From: Lama glama | Lineage: Eukaryota | Direction: 5' to 3' | NCBI GenBank assembly: GCA_028534125.1 | Contig: CM052818.1 | Span: forward strand, 40,178,001-40,242,000 | DNA length: 64,000 nucleotides | In this document: positions 62,365 to 64,000 of the stretch, one piece after another | Layout of the letters: every line of letters begins with the position of its first letter | Position numbering within the stretch: position 1 is the first letter of the stretch | Position numbers and translations under genes: made by a program | Notes under the pieces: model-generated | Databases searched by the model: none | Told to the model about the DNA's origin: nothing | The model's input: the letters and a program-made list of their open reading frames with translations, nothing else

Positions 62365-62900
62365 TCATCTCATGTTTTGAGTACTATCACCATGTCCATC
62401 TTTACAGATGACCAAATGAAAAGTAGAGTTTGAGCAAGTTGCTGAAAATTAAGAGGTGTGTAGAATCAGAGAGAAACTCAAATCCCAGGTCTGACCTCCT
62501 ACACACTCCTGGGCATGAAAATGCAACAGTAGGTAGTTAATAAATGACTTAATTCTGGCTGGAAATATGAGCTGGGTAGCAGCATGACAGTAGGGGATCC
62601 ACCCCCCTTCACACTCTAAATTGTACCGCCTGAGGTCAGGTCAGTGCCACTGGGATCACAGCAGATCAGAGAGTCCATGGGACTCATAGCAAGAACACTG
62701 TGCTAGGAGGAGGAGGCCTGGGCCTTGGAGCTAGACCACCACTGGTTCTCTGTGTGGCTTGGCAAAAGCAAATTTATACCCCACGGCTTCCATTTCCTCA
62801 CCTAGCAAACAAAAGATGTTCCACTCTGTACCCCAAAAGTCTGGTAGGAGGACTAGAGGAAACAGACATAGGTGAAGGTGCTTCATATAACCCACATGGG
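62365..62900. mobile_element. MIR fragments (both orientations)
   Basis: TCCATCTTTACAGATGA...AATCCCAGGTCTG; TGTGTGGCTTGGCAAA...TTTCCTCACCT. Confidence 0.6.
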
Positions 62901-63169
62901 AGGTAGCATCAGTGATGAAAGGGTCTTGACACTGGAGCTGGGTCCATGTTCTTCTAAGTGACCTGTCTTCATGGTTGCTCTTTGCTTTCTGCCATTGAGG
63001 AGCACAAACACCACCACTACTACTTTAAGTAAAATTCAACAAACTCATAGGAAATGCAGGGAAGGAGAGTTGGGAAATACTGGCAGGTCAGATGGAAAGC
63101 AGATCTCTGAGTCACCATTTCTCTTGAAGGATATCAAATGCTCTCTCCCAGCATCCAAGGCCTCTCCCA

Positions 63170-63915
63170 ACTCTCCTCCGTAGACTTCCCGCTCAGTAAT
63201 AACACATGACATGCAGTTCCTCCAACACAGCAAGCTCTCTCAGACCTCTGATCCCTTTCACTTGCGGAGGGAACACTGATGCCTCATTTCCTTCAGTGTT
63301 TTGAAACTCAGTCCACGCACCACTACTGTCGGGAAACGACTCTCCTCCCTCCTCAGTGCTCACACAGCACTCATGTCGTTATACAGTTCCTAAGTATCCT
63401 TATCTCCATCACCAATAAGTCCTTCAAAAGCAGGAATCATGCTCCTTTCATCTGGTTATTCCCAGTCAGTGGCATAAGACCTGGACCTCTGTAGGTATAT
63501 GGTGAATTTTTACTCAATTAAGCTAAATTAGTATGTGTTCATAGTACCTTCAATGGTCAGGAGAAAGTAGGGCTGATGAGTTTGATGCTGAACAAATGCC
63601 TCAGGAACAAAGCTTCATTTGCAAAGTATTTCCCTAGCATGTATGATCTCTTACAGTCAGTTAATAATTAACCCAAAAGAATCTCCATAATTTTATTAGT
63701 GAGGTTCCTGCAACTACACTGAGTTTAATCCAAGATGGAGACCATATTTTATTAACCTGTCAAATCACAGCTTCTCAATAATGTTCATTGACAGACTGAG
63801 TGAATGAAAGGCTTTTATGATACCCATTTATACATCACCTCACAGAACCTAGCATGATGCTTGGGACATAATGCATGCTCAAAAATGACTTCCAAATGAA
63901 TGAGTGAACAAATAA
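63170..63915 (+). mobile_element. L2 3' fragments
   Basis: AAGTCCTTCAAAAGCAGGAATCATG...TATTCCCAG; CAGAACCTAGCATGATGCTTGGGACATAATGCATGCTCAAAAAT...AATGAATGA. Confidence 0.7.
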
Positions 63916-64000
63916 ATGTCTCTTTTATCTATTTTTCTAACTACAATAACTAACAAAGGATAGAGTACGTAGCAATTCAAACATCATTATTTGGTGCATA

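Noticed and set aside
1..64000. A novel multi-gene system (operon, CRISPR array, defence island)
   Set aside because: The sequence is mammalian and repeat-rich. It has no long ORFs, no gene-dense organisation and no regularly spaced repeat-spacer array

Overview
This is mammalian genomic DNA, not prokaryotic. Two tRNA-derived SINEs of the camelid Vic-1 type suggest alpaca, llama or camel, which is an inference from repeat content. The window is AT-rich, CpG-depleted and repeat-dense, and contains one 500-N scaffold gap. I could not identify any protein-coding exon or RNA gene with confidence. The six-frame ORFs are either chance ORFs or decayed LINE-1 ORF1/ORF2 fragments. The window reads as deep intronic or intergenic sequence. 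It contains old L1M, HAL1, L2, MIR, MLT1 and hAT-Charlie elements, a few younger L1/SINE insertions with recognisable target-site duplications (TSDs), microsatellites, and three small CpG/GC-box-rich patches (~34.0, ~44.8, ~53.4 kb) that look like enhancers or alternative promoters. L1 orientation bias and several splice-signal candidates weakly suggest a minus-strand host transcript across the left ~49 kb. I found no evidence of a novel biological system, and the findings below are modest, checkable observations. Repeat family names come from recalled consensus similarity rather than a database search, and boundaries of old repeats are approximate.
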